The translations under genes and the position numbers were made by a program. DNA of 64,000 bases from Eutreptiella sp. 'Long Island Sound 2002' (taxonomy: Eukaryota > Protista > Euglenida). The DNA lies in NCBI GenBank assembly GCA_964036045.1, contig OZ038378.1, positions 13,888,001 through 13,952,000 on the forward strand, read 5' to 3'. This document shows positions 49,070 to 63,020 of the stretch, in pieces; positions within the stretch are counted from its first letter, which is position 1; every line of letters begins with the position of its first letter. The notes beneath the pieces were generated by a model. The model worked only from the letters and a program-made list of their open reading frames with translations. It was not told the DNA's origin and ran no database searches.

Positions 49070-51043
49070 TACAACCAATCAATTGTGCATGCCCTAACCC
49101 GGTCACTGATCCACACTGAATCTGATCCTTGGCATGCCCCCAACTTGCGATGGTCAGCACCAACACCCAGCGTAAATAGCCCCCCCCCTTCCCTTGTCGT
49201 TCCCCACCCCAGGGAAGACGGTCCCCCACCACCCCCTGGGGGATGGTCACCAAGTGACGGTCCCCCACCCCCCCCTGGGGGACCGCACCACCACCGTACA
49301 CGCACATTTGCAGGCACAGACATTGCAGCATAAAACGAAAGAATTTAGCATAAGATACGTTCAAAGGGCTGCCAATGTACGGAGACCTACTCCTTGACCG
49401 GCTCGGTGTAAATTTTCTTGGTCCTGCTCCACTTGATTTTGAACTCTTGCACATGCTCTCCACTTTCCACTGGAATGCTTTGGGCAGCACTCTTGGGTGG
49501 TGGTTTTGCCCTCCAGGTAGGAGGCTTGGCAAGCGCAAGCAGATTTTTGGGAACCCATTTCCCTTCGGGAATGTCCCTTGAAAAAACAACTTGTTCCCAA
49601 AACTGTGTCCCATACCCCATACACCACGGGCACTCTTCACCCACACAACCCCCGTGTCAGAATTCAGGTCACTATCATCATCCGTCACATTTGTCCCAGG
49701 GGGAAACATGGTTGTGCTGTCAAGTTCCATTTCAGCGAAAGTAAGCAAAATGTCCTGCCATGAGTGCAAGGGATACAAGTGGCAGTGCCCCACAACACAG
49801 TCACCCACACAACAACACAATGAGCCGCAACGAAACATTTTGGGTTGACCAAGTGACGGTCCCCCACCCCCCCCTTGGGGAACGACAAGGGGTGGGGAAC
49901 AACAAATGGGGGGGGGGTACCCCCCTTACTCCGGCCATACCTCCCCAAAACCCCATCCCTCACCACAGACCTTCCACCCATACCCCCTTGCTGCCTCAGA
50001 TGCGGTACACCAAGAAAAAAGTCAATCCTTTCTACAACACGCTGAGAGCGTGCACAGTAGCAGACCACATCTACTTGGAGAGAATGTCTACTACGACTAC
50101 AGACTGCCATCCTCATGTGCACCAGTGAATGTCATTATTGGACCCTTGCCCTGTTCTTAGCATTGTCTCATTGGCATCTCTTTCTTGTCTACAGCTTGCC
50201 AACAGTGTCCACAGTGAGCAAACCATGTTAACATGTAGCAGACAGTGTCTACAGACTACATACCACCTTCGTAACCTCCCCATAACCCCCCCCCCCTCCG
50301 TCCCATAGCCCTCTCCCAAGTATGTTCAAGATATGCCAGGGAGACGTTGTGCCATACATGGGCTTGCAGTGATTCCCTTGACAGTCCAGGGCATGCTTTG
50401 TCAAGGCACTACGAATCTGGATGTAGGACCACTGATAAACTTCGAAATGCCCACATCCAACTACGAGCACCGTGTGTGTTGGAGGGGGGGGGGGGGGGTC
50501 TGTCAGCAAAACCCTTTTAAGGTCCAGTCCACTGGTACGTCGAAGGGGGAGCCGCAACGTTACTGAAGCGGGCCTGCCCCCTTTAGTCCTTTGGCTATCC
50601 TGTGAGTGCCACACGGCAGAGGGACTGGGCCGGTCAGGGCTATGTCTCGTCACCTGACGCCCTCCCAGGCCCCCTGGAGGGAGCAGTGCTAGCTCCTGCT
50701 TCCTACAGCGCTGCCCCCAGCCCATCTGAGCCCCTCCCCTGGCTCTGTGTTAAAGAGGGTGTGCCTTTTGAGGTCCCGGGCCTTGTAGCACCAGCAGGAG
50801 CTGGCACTCAGAGAGGAGTGGGTCAAGCAGCCTGCCCCTGCAACCCTGTCATCTTGGCCCTTCGGCCAAGCAGCGTTCCTTGAGAGGACGGGGCGTGTGG
50901 GAACTGCGGGATGGCAAGTGCCACAGTCCCACTCTGTCATGACATATTACAGGGGAGGTTTGATGCGTCACAAGTTGCTGCTGCTGTGTTCATTGTCATA
51001 GTGGATTGTCCTGTCCACAACCCCCAATGATTTGCTGTACCAT

Positions 51044-51045
51044 AC

Positions 51046-51100
<55 letters not shown>
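51044..51100 (+). repeat. (CA)n microsatellite
   Basis: Read directly. Confidence 0.95.
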
Positions 51101-51103
<3 letters not shown>

Positions 51104-52604
51104 GGAGAGGCCGCCAGGCCAGGCAAGAATGCGGCCGACGTGCAGCACCTCAGTTTTTTGGAAGGCCACCCAGCACCGTGCCAGCCTCACCTTTCTGCGG
51201 TGGACCGCCCCATTCCCCACCCCCTTCTGGAGCACCAGTCCACTTGACCATGGACTCCCTCCTGAATACGGGGTCCCTTTGGCTCACTGTGCCGGAAAGG
51301 GGGGACACCAGGACCTCTGGTCGCTCACAGACCTCCAGGGCCGCAAGGGCTCAGCCCAGCAGCCCAACAGCAGCGAACAACAACCACCACCAAACGAACT
51401 CCAGGCTATCCAACAAACAGCGTTTGTCAGAGCCTCCGAGCGCCCCCAACGGGTGCACAACCATTCACTGTCCTCATGAAATGCGGATGCTACGCCAATC
51501 TGCTACTGCAGCATTCATGTGGGGCCAGGAAAGTGTTGCGTGGCACACACAACAAAACGTCATATGTGTCATATATATGCCCAAACCACAGGCCCTACCA
51601 TATGCACATCTAACAGCATTTCTGGCATCGCACCAGAACATCTGGATGGCACGCACATAATACTCAGGGCAAAATACCTCTTGAATTCGAAGTAAACCTC
51701 ACCAGACGTATTTGCACACAACCATGCGGACTATCGAAGGGTTCTTTGCCTTGGACGCATTTTGAGCCATTACACTGTCCATCAAGGATTACCCGAGCCT
51801 ACTCCGAAGCAGGCAGGGCTGGTTTGGACAGCCCTGTATTGCTGTAGCGTTGGGGGGCCTCCGATTGAGCTGCCCCTAGCTTCCTCTTCCCCATGCATAG
51901 TACCCGCCCTAAACTGCATCGCCGACATCTTGGATGGAGTTGTTGAGGATGTCGAGGATTCCACCAGCATACACAAGCACACCTCTGCTCTGGAGCACAT
52001 CACGCGCCCACACGCAATCCAGCTCCTGTGGCCGCCTCCACGAAATGCCACAACGCCACAACCCCCACAACTCTAGCACCCCAGGATGCCTCACACCCGG
52101 GACACCACAATCCACAGCCCACAGTCCATAATCCAAAAGTGCCACAATTACATCAGCCTTCGGTTCACTTGGCCAACCGCATTAAAGCACGAATTGCTGT
52201 TCTTCGTCTGCTGTCAAAACGAACTTTGCTTCCCTTGACGTTCCCCAGGTCGACCAGGCGGCGCAGGCCCTATGCTAAGAGCTCCTAGCTTCCATTATGC
52301 CCCAGTCCCCCAAAACTGGGGGAACGCAAAAAAGACTCAATTCATTCCCAACCAATGGATGGCAGTCGGCGAAGATAGTGGGTGGTCAACCGACGTTCGG
52401 CAGCCATCAACCGACAGCAGTGACGCCGGCCGTTGCTCTGTTGAGGTCCAGGCGTACGGGCAGTGTTTCCTTGCTTTTTGGTTGTTTTGGCAACCACCGA
52501 TAAACACCTCCTTAAGCCTCCTTCCCCCCCAGCGCATCCCTGCCGTGGCAGCGTTCCTGTACCACAGCCTTGGCTGGGGCCTCCAGTGTCCACCAGATGC
52601 TCCG

Positions 52605-52943
52605 CTACTCATCATCCATGCTCAATGCGCCGCACGGTGCTGGCGGAGGAGGAGCAGCAGGACTGACACGTGGGGGGCCTGGCATCAGCAGCAGCGGGTT
52701 ATGCCTGGCGGCATCCAACAATCCTTCGGTACCGAGAGCACGCAGCAGGCCCTCAACGAGCGACTGGACAGCGGCCACATCACACGTCATCATCCGTGGC
52801 TGAAGGCGTAGCAATTTCTTGGCCCTATTTTTGCCCACCAACGTCGTCAGGACGTCCATCACCTCCAGCACCGAGGCCTCATCAGTCAGCCACAGTGCGG
52901 GATAGCGCTGTAACGTCCGCCTGACCACTTTGTCTCCCAAGGT
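52605..52943 (-). CDS. mTERF-like repeat protein, last exon
   Basis: tttgtag acceptor, phase 0. Contains 34-aa helical repeats ending xxP-hydrophobic (RYPALW, LQPRMM, HNPLLL). Ends at a stop. Confidence 0.8.
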   Translation of the reverse strand, partial: TLGDKVVRRTLQRYPALWLTDEASVLEVMDVLTTLVGKNRAKKLLRLQPRMMTCDVAAVQSLVEGLLRALGTEGLLDAARHNPLLLMPGPPRVSPAAPPPPAPCGALSMDDE

Positions 52944-55048
52944 CTACAAACGAAACGGAGAGCGGGAAAACGACACAGGGAGGACCCGGACATGGACAGG
53001 ACTGGACCCCGATGGGCAGCAACGCCCCCCTCCACCGTGCGCACATCGGGTACAGGCACTAAGGCACTGCAGGGAGGCAAAAGGATTGAAGTCGACTCTG
53101 CAGACTCCACACTCAGCCTCGCAGCCTGCCCCCTGCACCACCCCTGCACAGGCGTCGAGCACAGGCTGGGGCAGGGCTGCGCTGGTGGTGCTGGGGGCAA
53201 CCCCCTCCCCTTCGGGATGCGCGATCAGTGCCGTCCCAACCGCTTCCGTCCGCCGCTACCGCCCTCAAACCGCTTCACGACCGCCCACTTATGACCGCTC
53301 CAATCCACTTTTCCAGTCGTCAACAGCCACTTGGGCGGCCGCTCTTGCAGCCGCCCTCTGACAGTGACTCACTGATGCACGCCCCAAGCCCCACTCGCTC
53401 GCTCATAGCAATGGCCGCAACCCGAAACGGCACGGGCAGGGGCAAACCCAGGGCTGCCCATTGCCTTATTCGGGCTCCAGAGGCCCCGGGGGTTTGGTTC
53501 CCCATTCCCGCCCCCGACTGCTCTGTCGACGTGGCTGAGGGGTCTTTGGACCTTGATCTCAGGACAAAACGGACGGTACCCCGTTGCGCAAGCCGCGGCT
53601 TGTCCAAGGGAGGTGCGGCGGGTGTGCCCTTTCGAAACCATGGGATCCATTGAACGGTTGACCCCCCACCACACGTGGCCACTGCCAACCCGGCAAAGAT
53701 TGGTGAACTGCGGGCGACTGTCCCCCAATCCTCGTTGGTGAAGCACCGACCGCCCCCGGTGCAGCATTGCACGTGCGCATTGGATCTTGGCCCTGTGGTT
53801 GGGTGCTGATTGGTGTGTGGGTTCTGAAGTGGGCGTCGAGGCAGCTGATGGCCCTTTAGCTGCCATACCCACCCTCACAGCGCCATATCAAGACCAGGAC
53901 CCAACTGGACTTGCACCGGAGCGACGCGCCAACGCGCTTTGTCCGACGCAGGAGATGTCGCACCAGTCGCATCAGTGCCCGTGCCCAAGGCAAAGGTGTA
54001 TTCAACAGCAAACAAAATGGTATCAGGACTCTGGGCATCCGTGACACAGAGCTCCGCAGTCGGAGGGGAACGGACGGCGGGCGCAGAGCAAACGACGGCG
54101 ATTGGAGGATCGACCCCTGCGGGCCTTGGGCAAGGCGGCCCTTCAGGACAAGTTACATAACCCGAAAGCCCGCTCTGGTGGCCCTCAACCCGCACGGAGG
54201 CCGGAGGGGGGGCGGGGTATTGCATGATGCCTGAGTGGATTGCTGGCCGAGATTGGCGGCGGATTTGACTCTCGCGTGAACCCTTTCCGTTCGTTGGCCG
54301 CGGTACCCACTGGCCTCTCACCACTACACCCCCTTCCTCTCCCTCGGTTGGTTGTGCCGAACTTTCCCTCTTTCACGACCCTGTGGGTCCACGCGGATGA
54401 GGGCAACGGCCCTCGCCGAAGGGGGTGTGCGCCATCAGGGCTGAAGGAGTGTGCCGGTTGGTACTTGCGGGTGTACGTGTGCTCCACTGGTGGAGAGGTT
54501 TGGTTGCCCTCCCATTGGGTCGAGGGTGTGCTTGTTTCCTTCGGCCTCTTGGAGGTAAGTGCAGCCTGGGCTGGAAACCTTTCCCCCCTTGCTCCTCACG
54601 TGCCCCCCTCACTCCAGGGGCTTCCGCCCATTCTCCAAGAGTACGTACCTCACCCATCCCGGACGTCGCCTTTCGGCTGGTCACCACCTTGTGATAAGTG
54701 GGAGCCCTGGCACCCACCTGCACCCGTGCACTCTCGGGGAGTGCATACCTCACCTGCCTGGGGACGTCGTCTTTCGTCCAGGGGGTTTTAAATGCAAATG
54801 CAAAGGCAAACGCAAACAAAATCTGCCGCACTTCGCTCCGCCTTGACATCAACGGCACACCAACTGATGAGGGGCTGCTGTCAGGTACCGGTCAACCGGC
54901 GTGGCTTATGACTGCCGTCGGTTGAGCGCATTCGGCGCAGTCGTGCCCACAAATGTGGTCCTTGTAGGAAGAGACAAAGAAAACACCGCGATCCTAAAGC
55001 ACAGCCTCGGGGGTTCCCCCGTGCCACAGGTAGACCAGAGACCCACAC

Positions 55049-55749
55049 CTTCTCGTAGACCTTGTAGCGCGCTTTCGCCCCGTAGTTGCCCAGGCGCAGC
55101 ACCGCGGGCCGGCTCCGGATCACGCGCATCGCACCCTTGAGCCCCATGCAATTCACTAGTCGCTTCGCGGCCCCGTGCGTGTCGCGCGCTCCGGGGTCCA
55201 GCAGGTCCGGCTCGGTCTGCACCAGCACCGCTGCGGCCGCCGGCCCCAAGATCTTCCTCAGCACCTTCACCGCCCGCTCGATCTCCTCTTCAAGAGGCAG
55301 GACCTTCGGGGGCGGTATCGCACACCCCTCCACCCCAAGCTCCGGGTGAGGCTCCTCAAAGGGCTCTGCTTGGGCGGCGACCTTGCGCCGCTCCGGATTT
55401 CGCAGGGTCTCCCAGTCCACGTCCCACTCCGTCCCTTTGCCTTCGTCCTCGGGCCCCGGCTCCTCCAACGCAATCACCCGCTCCGTCTCCTCCCCCCGCC
55501 TCGGCGCCCGGCGGCTCATGCGCGGGCTGGCGTGATCCTCGGGCCCCGGCTGCCCCAGCCTCTGCTCCGCGTGGGGGTCTCCGCGGCGCCGCGGGGTGGG
55601 CTCTGCGGGGCGCCCCCCCTTCTCCACGTTGCCGTGCGCCCAGGCCTGCATGGCGTCACGCGGCGCGCGCGCGCGCTTGGGCTGGTAGGACCACCCGGCG
55701 TTGACCTGATTGTAGTAGTCCCAGGCGTCTGGGATGTATTCCTCTGTGC
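55049..55749 (-). CDS. mTERF-like repeat protein, large exon
   Basis: ctacag acceptor, phase 1, 233 open codons with repeats TEPDLL and SRPAVL. The donor at 55049 restores exact 34-aa spacing across the intron. Confidence 0.8.
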
Positions 55750-56322
55750 CTGTAGGTCATGGGGTGGGCGAGGGGGGGCTGCTGCCAGGGGAACCCGGCC
55801 AAGACAGACGCAAAGAGAGTGCAGCATGGCAAGAGGCCAAGGAAGCCAAGGGCAAAGCCAAGGCGGTGAGACTGGGCAATCGGCAGAGGACAGGAACAAA
55901 GGCACGGGGCGGTCCTTGATGCCACAATGCCGGACGCCGGCACGCCTGGGCCGCAACGGACGCCATGCGGTCGGTGGCTGCTCTCTTTTGTCAACCGGCG
56001 GGAGATCCGGTTGCGGCTTCGAGTCCCGGGTACGCGCCACAGGGACAAAAACACCGCTCGAGCAGCACCAAGTGAAGCCGGCCGTCTCAGCCACCGGCTG
56101 ATTCGGGTTAACCAGTGGCAAGAAGCCACTAACAATAAGCGTCCACTACGAAGCCATGCGGACGGGGTGGGCATCGTACGCACACGGCCTCCAGGCTGTG
56201 ACCTTCGACAGTGCAGTCTTCCAGTACTTGATGTCTGGGGCAACCACCAGGAATAGGCTTGGGCTGTGTGCCCTTATCGGACATCCCCCCAGCCGCGGTG
56301 CCCTGCACCCTCAGGGGCACAC

Positions 56323-56442
56323 CTGGCCAGTCGAACATATTTGTTCGAGACCTTCCAGACTCATCATTCCAGCGAGGTTCCTTTGTGGACTCGTAATGTG
56401 GCAGCGGCTCAGAATCATTAACTGGCGGCAGAGTCCCATTGT
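56323..56442 (-). CDS. mTERF-like protein, probable exon
   Basis: Polypyrimidine-AG acceptor, G|GTGTG donor, phase 1-1, DNGTLPPVNDSEPLPHYESTKEPRWNDESGRSRTNMFDWPG. Confidence 0.6.
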
Positions 56443-58538
56443 CTGATTGCAAACAGACAGAGCACAAAGGAAACCCAATGAATGCATAAGGCAACAGCAC
56501 AAACACCGCAGGAGCGCTGATAAGGGTGGCTGCAAATTTCACTCACTGTGTTTTGCGAGTGGGCAAAAGGGAGGGACTGGCCATGCAAACTATTTTCTTG
56601 GGGTGTAGGGACTGCAGACTTACAATCTTCCCTGAAGCCCTTTCAAGGGCGGTGCCAGCACAGTGCGTGACAGCATCCCCGCTTAACCACACACTGTATG
56701 AAGGTGAGGCATGCATGTCCCCTTGCAAAAAGGGGAGAGACGTCAGTCATTGGATGTGGATAGGAACCCAGTCACAGCTATTTCAAAACATGGAGACATA
56801 GCCGGTAGCGAGCGGAAGGGAGCACATACTACAGCAAACCATGTTTGCGAAATGTGCATCCATAGTGAATGCAGCACTGAAAACTTGGCTTGGATGGTGC
56901 ACAACTAGAGTCATGAGGTGCATCGCCTGAGCAAAGGGGCACTTCCTAACATGACCCATTTGAGGCTCCTTGGGGAGGCAAATTCACTTACTGCACATTC
57001 AGGGCAGAGGCCGGTGCCTGCCATAACCAGAAGGCCCAAATGTTGTAGTGCATGCTGGAGCATAATTTGCAAAGCCATACGGCGGAATTCAAGCAGTTGT
57101 ACCCTACGCAGATACCGGCTTCCCCTCACACGCGGTCCGAGCCCTGCTGTCCATCCCTGCACCCTTTCTCTCCTGCAATGCCTCTTTCACCGGGCAAAAA
57201 AGGAAGGAAGAAATTTGCAATTTCAATGCAGATCAGATGAGGCAATCTGTTGCAATCGTGCAGTGGCCTTGTGGCATTTCTCTCCTTCAGACCAAAGAGA
57301 GTAGCATGTTGTTGAAGTACTGACGCATTTGTGCCAAATTTCAGTATCCAATATAGCAATGGCTGCAGGGGCCCAGTCCCAGAGGGTTCACACTGTCTGT
57401 TGGGGAGAGGGCGCTGCATCCGCACTCTCTGGATCTGGCGGTTTGTGGCCGGTGTTTCTGACAATATTGGGGTTACAGCTGGCAACCATTGCATGAGAGT
57501 CCACCTGATGTGACTGTCCCATCTTGCCTTTTGCATGGCACCTCTACCTTCTTTCAAAAGACAAGAAGGCGTGAATACCGAATCCTCGGACGTTCTGATT
57601 GGGCAGAAAGACCAGTACTCGCTTTTTTTTTTGGGACGAGGGATGGCTTTTTTCTTTGGGTGCAAGGATGGTGCCCACACTCCCTTGCCACAGGTGGACA
57701 CCCACTGCGGAGGTGAATGCACTCTAAATTTCATGGGAATGCCCTGCAGGAATCCATGATAAATCCGCAATCAGAGCACATCACAGTAGATGAACGGCCT
57801 GTCTATTTGTCGAACCAGTTGCTGTGCCTTGTGGCCCGTCCTTAGTCCTTCTTTTAGTCTGTCTTTCCTCGCTCTTCCTACCTTTGTCTCCTGTATAACA
57901 CCGCTCTCCAGTCTTTCGCATCACTTGCCCGACAGCATCCAGTTGCGCCACAGGCTCCAAATGGAGCGGCCACCGTCCCAATGGCCTTGGCAGGTAGAAA
58001 CTTTGGTGCGTGGGTTGTTGGCTGCAACAGTGAGCCATGACATGAACGCTTGCGCCATCGCTCGTCCTCTGTCGGGGCCTATGGCGCCTGTGGCACAGCA
58101 ATGGGCCCACTCACGGGGCCTGGCAATACAGCTCCTGTACAGGTTCTGTACATGCTCCACCATGGTGCAGGGGCATGTGAAGCCTGAGCCACTTGGGGCA
58201 GCCCATACAGTAGTAGCGACCCAAAGGGCACCGGAGGGGGGGGGGGGGGGCAGGTGGGCACAGCCAGTGCAGCCGGCTGTCCAGCAGCTCTTCGGAGAGC
58301 AGGCATTGCTGTGGTTTCTCCGGGAGCACCTGTGGCTGTTCCCACAGGGGGAGCAGTAGCTCGGCCAGCCACCTTCCTGGGGCTGCTGGCAGTGCATGCT
58401 GCAACACAAAAGACTGCATTGGGCAAAACCTTTACAACTGCATCCAGATCAAAGAATGCCTGGACCAATGTGTGACCCTGGTTTTCATCTGATGGGCTTT
58501 TGCTGCAATCTGTGCACCACAGGGGCTGCTTCTGGTCT

Positions 58539-58903
58539 GGACCCGACCCCCCCCCCTCTACAGACCCCAAAATGGTTGTACGGAGCAATGGGTTTTGTGG
58601 GCGCCAGAGGCACTGGAGATTTTGTTTTGGGCATACGGCAAGGGGAAATTTTTTTGTTTGACCCTATGTGTCCACACTTAAAATACTCAGAATTTTGTGG
58701 AGAATTCAAAAATGGATGAAAAGCGCAAAAAAGGATTTTGACCCCGACCCAACCTCCGGGTCGGACCTTGGCTGATGGGACCCTGAGTTGATGGGCAATT
58801 TTTTTTGAAAAAATTTTTACCCCAATTGTGCATATTCAAAATGATCAGCGTGTCATGGGGATCATTTTGAGGTATGTATGTTGGGGTACCCACCGACCCC
58901 CCC
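58539..58903 (+). repeat. Dispersed repeat family A, full copy
   Basis: Colinear with 16812-17180. Module B follows in inverted orientation at ~59030-59125. Confidence 0.9.
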
Positions 58904-59718
58904 CCGAGGAGCCCGGCGGCTGACCGCCCAACCCACCGACCCCCAAGGTTTGGGTATAGCCCAAAACGTGCACAGAGGGCTCTTGAGTGTTAGAGATTGG
59001 GAGTCTTGCATGAGCTCTGTGGCAGTGCACACCACGGGGGCTGCCGCCAGCCAATGTATGACCCCAAGGGGTGTGCAACCGTTTTGGGGGTTGTAGGGGG
59101 GAGGGGGACTCCCCCCACCCCCTTGGTTGATATAGGACCGTCTCTGACACCATATCAAGTCGCAAAAAGGCCGGTTGGGGGGTGAAAGCCAGGGGCCGTG
59201 TGCCAGTACCCCACAGTGGCATGCAGTGTGCATGTGTTGCACCAGCATCCCCCCACCCACCATTTGAAAAAAAAGGTAGGCAGGCACAACCCCACCAGGG
59301 TAGGGTATGTGGTCCACTACAAAACAGCTTGGTACCACACACCCCCACGTGTTACTGCACATGCACACGCTGTGGTGCCCACTTGCCCCTCCAGTCATCT
59401 CCCATCCCCAAAGGGGCAGAGCAGGTACCGAGCCTGGGAGCAGTGGAACTGACCAGTGCATCCGCTTATCCCATGAAGACCGCCGTGACAGCCATGGCTC
59501 GGTCTGCTGCTGGGCCACACGCCTTTCAGAGTACCATTGGAGGCTGCAGTTCAGGAAAACCCTCGCCGCAAGCCGCCACGTCGGGGGTTGTCCAGCATTG
59601 CCCCAGGGGATTATGCGTGCAGCCCCCTCTGCCCAACTGCCCAAACAGGGACGGGGCCATCCCATCGCATTGAAAAAAGCCAACCAGGGCTGTTCAGATA
59701 AGCGGCCTAAACCTTTTC

Positions 59719-59781
59719 ACACACACACACACACACACACAGACACACAGACACACAGACACACACACACACACACACACA
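59719..59781 (+). repeat. (CA)n/(CAGA) compound microsatellite
   Basis: Read directly. Confidence 0.92.
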
Positions 59782-61317
59782 CCACACTTCACACAAACAA
59801 GGGTCAAAGCATGACACACATGCAGCGAATATTGTACTTGAAAAATGGCGCCTTGCGGGTTCGTGCCGTATACCACAGCCCAAAAGACGGCATAATAAAA
59901 AAAAAAAGCAAAGCAAAATGGATCCCAATCCCGACCATCAACCCACACGCCCAAACCACAGCAAACACCCATTTCTATTCCAACTGATGAGAACCCAAAT
60001 CGATGGTTCCAAAAGCTACACAAACAAAGTAGCCGATTTAGGTCCTGCACCCTGTGCGTACAGAGGTCAGCGCAGAAGCAGGACGTGGCAGAGCCACCCA
60101 AAAGCTACACAAACAACACTTAAGAAGGGTAGTCTGTTTGCACAAACAACACCTGCTTATGCAGGGAGGGGCGCGGATGGATTTATGCAAATGCTGCTCG
60201 AACTTGGAGGTTCAGACGAATGCATAGCAACACAAGGAGAATGAGGGAACGTGGAAAGACACGTAACATACTGAAGTACTTCGCTTTAGGCGGTTCCCTT
60301 CGGGCAGATGCTGCCTCCGCATCCACAAACTGTTTCGAAAAGGGGCGCAGGGGCCAAAAGCGGAGAGGACAGTACCCGGAAATGGGCCACGGCCGCACCC
60401 CCCGCCTGTCCAGCCTTCGAAAAAATTTTTTGGGGGGGGCTGCCGCCTGCCCTCACCGGAGCCCCGTGAGAGCAGGAGGTGGGACGACATGTGGCGAAAA
60501 ACATTGAACAGCCCCAGGGATTCTTCCGCATCCGCCCCCCCCCCTTTGCGAGAGCAACACCAAAGTCCCAAATTTTGACGGAAACAACACCTACTATTGC
60601 TCTGACAAGGGGGGCCATTTATAAAGGGCAGAGTGGGACATGGTTCCAAAAATTGCGGAAACAACACCTGCTGTTGCTCTGACAAGGGCGTTGGCAAGGG
60701 GGGGTGGGCAGCAACACAGGTACACGGGGGGTGTGGGGGGATTAGTACGGGACAAATTCTGTGTGAAAAAATGTAGCACGGCCAATTGTGGCGCAATTTT
60801 TCCCGCACTAGCCTTTTGCAGACAAGATTTTCACGCTCCACTGATGTGTAACACTTGGTCATTTGGGGCACAACGTTGCAGTCACAAGCCCCATGCCTTT
60901 TATGCTCCAGTACAATGGTGCGGCTTCATGTCATGCCCTCTTTCGGTCATGGATGCTCCCGCGAAAGGTAGTGAAGCGGGGGCTGGGCTGGTGCTGGCTT
61001 GAGACCGGCGGCTACCCCCCCCCCCCACGCCCCTGTGCATCGTGATGCAGCAGAAAGACCGGGCCTTCAGAGTTCGTTACATGCCGTGTACCTGTGTCCG
61101 CCAACTGCCCCACAGCCCCCCTGTCCGAAGGGGAGGGAGGGCAGGATGGCTCATGCCGGGCAATTCAAATCAGGGTAGATCCGAAGGGCAAAACAGTGTG
61201 AGAGGGCCCTCCAAAGAACTGGTCTTATTCACAACACCAGCCACCAGGAGCTGCAGGAACCAGCTCCCTGGGAGGCACGTGGGGCTGTGTGTGTTTTTTG
61301 TTGGGGGTGTGCCATAC

Positions 61318-61391
61318 AGGCTGAACAAGGATCCTGGTTGCCGCTCCCGGGTGTACGTGCGTGTTCGCCTTTTGAGGAGGGCATGCACCAC
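61318..61391 (-). CDS. Candidate exon of the plastid-targeted gene
   Basis: ctctccacag acceptor, phase 0, VVHALLKRRTRTYTRERQPGSLFSL. The downstream junction is unresolved. Confidence 0.35.
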
Positions 61392-61876
61392 CTGTGGAGA
61401 GGTGGGGTGGGTGCCCGCCCATTGGGTTGGGGGTGAATAGAGCGGCTTCAGAAAAGTGCGGGAGGTGACCAGCCCACTCGGCCACCCTAACAGCCAAGGG
61501 AAATTCATTTTACGTGGCGAGAGGGGGACAGCTGTCCTGCTGCTTCGCCCCCGTGGCGTCCCTCCCGTGCCGGCGCCAGCAATGCACCACACATTTTTTC
61601 CCAGGACCGCGGCGTCTGGAGGGTGCCTACCACCACAAATGATGTGGGGAATGTTACACAGGGCCAGGGGGTCCGGATCCCCAACGGTTAACAGTCAACC
61701 AGTTGTCCCAAGGATTCACCGCCCATGCGGGGGTGCAGTGGGTTTCTCCTACCGAGGCCCTGCAGTGGGGAGTTGGGGGGGGGGGGGGGGCATAAGGGTT
61801 GAGTGAGTATGCCGGTTGGTAAATCCGGGGGTACATGTGTGGGGTAGGGATCCCCCTCGAGGAGCGGGGGACACAC

Positions 61877-62157
61877 CTGCTCATCAGGCCCCACATTATC
61901 CGGGCGCATGGACCAGGACGGCCACTCCTCGCCCTCGGGACCCCACACGGAAAGCATGGCCCACTCAGGGGCAGGACCTGGAGCGGCGTGCGCCCTGAAG
62001 GCGAGAGCGGCCAGTACTCCGCACAGCCCACCAACAATGACCCCCAAGAGGCTCCCAATGCCTCGAAGAGGGGCGGCACCGAAGTGGCTCCCGCTCATGG
62101 GACGGGTAGCTCCCCAAAGTCCGCCGGATTGCAAGCGGCGCACACTGGAAGGTGCGT
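61877..62157 (-). CDS. Plastid presequence exon 2 (second TM helix; alternative acceptor at 62202)
   Basis: Phase 1-0. GIGSLLGVIVGGLCGVLAALAFR (TM) followed by PEWAMLSVWG resembles a euglenid class I stop-transfer region. Confidence 0.65.
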
Positions 62158-63020
62158 CTGTGCAGGAAAGAGGGTAAAAGGCTTGGGCTGAGGCAGGGCG
62201 GTCTGAAACAGCAACAGCGGAAAAAAAATCTGGCGTCTGTAACATGGAGCCCAGCAGTTGGACAGCCACCGACGGCGATTGGCAGATAACCGACGGCCGT
62301 TGGAGTGGAACGGACTGCGGTTGGAGGGAGACCGATGGTGGTGAGAGGATGAGCGATGGCCGTTGGCACGGAACAGGGCGGTCTTGGGGCATTAGCAAAA
62401 TGCAAGAAAACAACTGACGGGCCTTGGGCTGCGTGGGAGGGAGCAGTATTCATGCGCGCCAGACCTGTGCAGGCACCCTCATCATGCAAGTGCGATTGCT
62501 GCTGTTTGCCAAGTGTGCCTATTGGCTCCAGCCCACATGTCACCCCCAACCCCATGAACACTCATCAGGGCGGCCCTGCCCCAAGGCTGCCCTCTGGCCG
62601 GCGTGACTCGGTGCACCAACGCATAAGGGCAGTGGTTGCCCTTCTGTGTGCCTGTGTCCTTCTTACGTGTCCTTCTCACGGCCTCACACCGGCGCCAAGC
62701 AGCGCGCGCATAGCGCCTGGTAGTGCCCCGCCATCTCCCGCCAGGTGCAGAAGTAGGGTCATGCTGTGTGTCCCCTGCACTTGTACCCGCCAGAGGGACC
62801 AGCACCGTGCAAAACCACGTGAGGCCTCCCTCCAGCCGCATGCCGGACAGGAGCAGCGGCGGCAGCTTGGGGGCCGCTGCCGAGACCTGCCCGCTGGTCA
62901 TCACCCAGCGCTTGCCTGCTGGCGCTGGCGTTGCCGGCTGTGACTCCAGAGGTGCCCACATGTCCATGCAGGGGGCATTGGGGGCACAGGGCAAACCAAC
63001 AGCACCGAAGCAGCGAAGAC

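Noticed and set aside
52938-55064. Perfect 10-bp complementarity (CAAGGTCTAC / GTAG|ACCTTG) suggesting a stem-defined intron with donor at 55060
   Set aside because: The 34-aa repeat spacing places the donor 12 nt further, at 55048. The pairing is then mostly an exonic hairpin and probably coincidental.
55965-56040. tRNA-like GCTTCGAGTCCC...GCGCCA
   Set aside because: The T-stem is imperfect and there is no complementary acceptor stem or D/anticodon arm. At most it is a SINE remnant.
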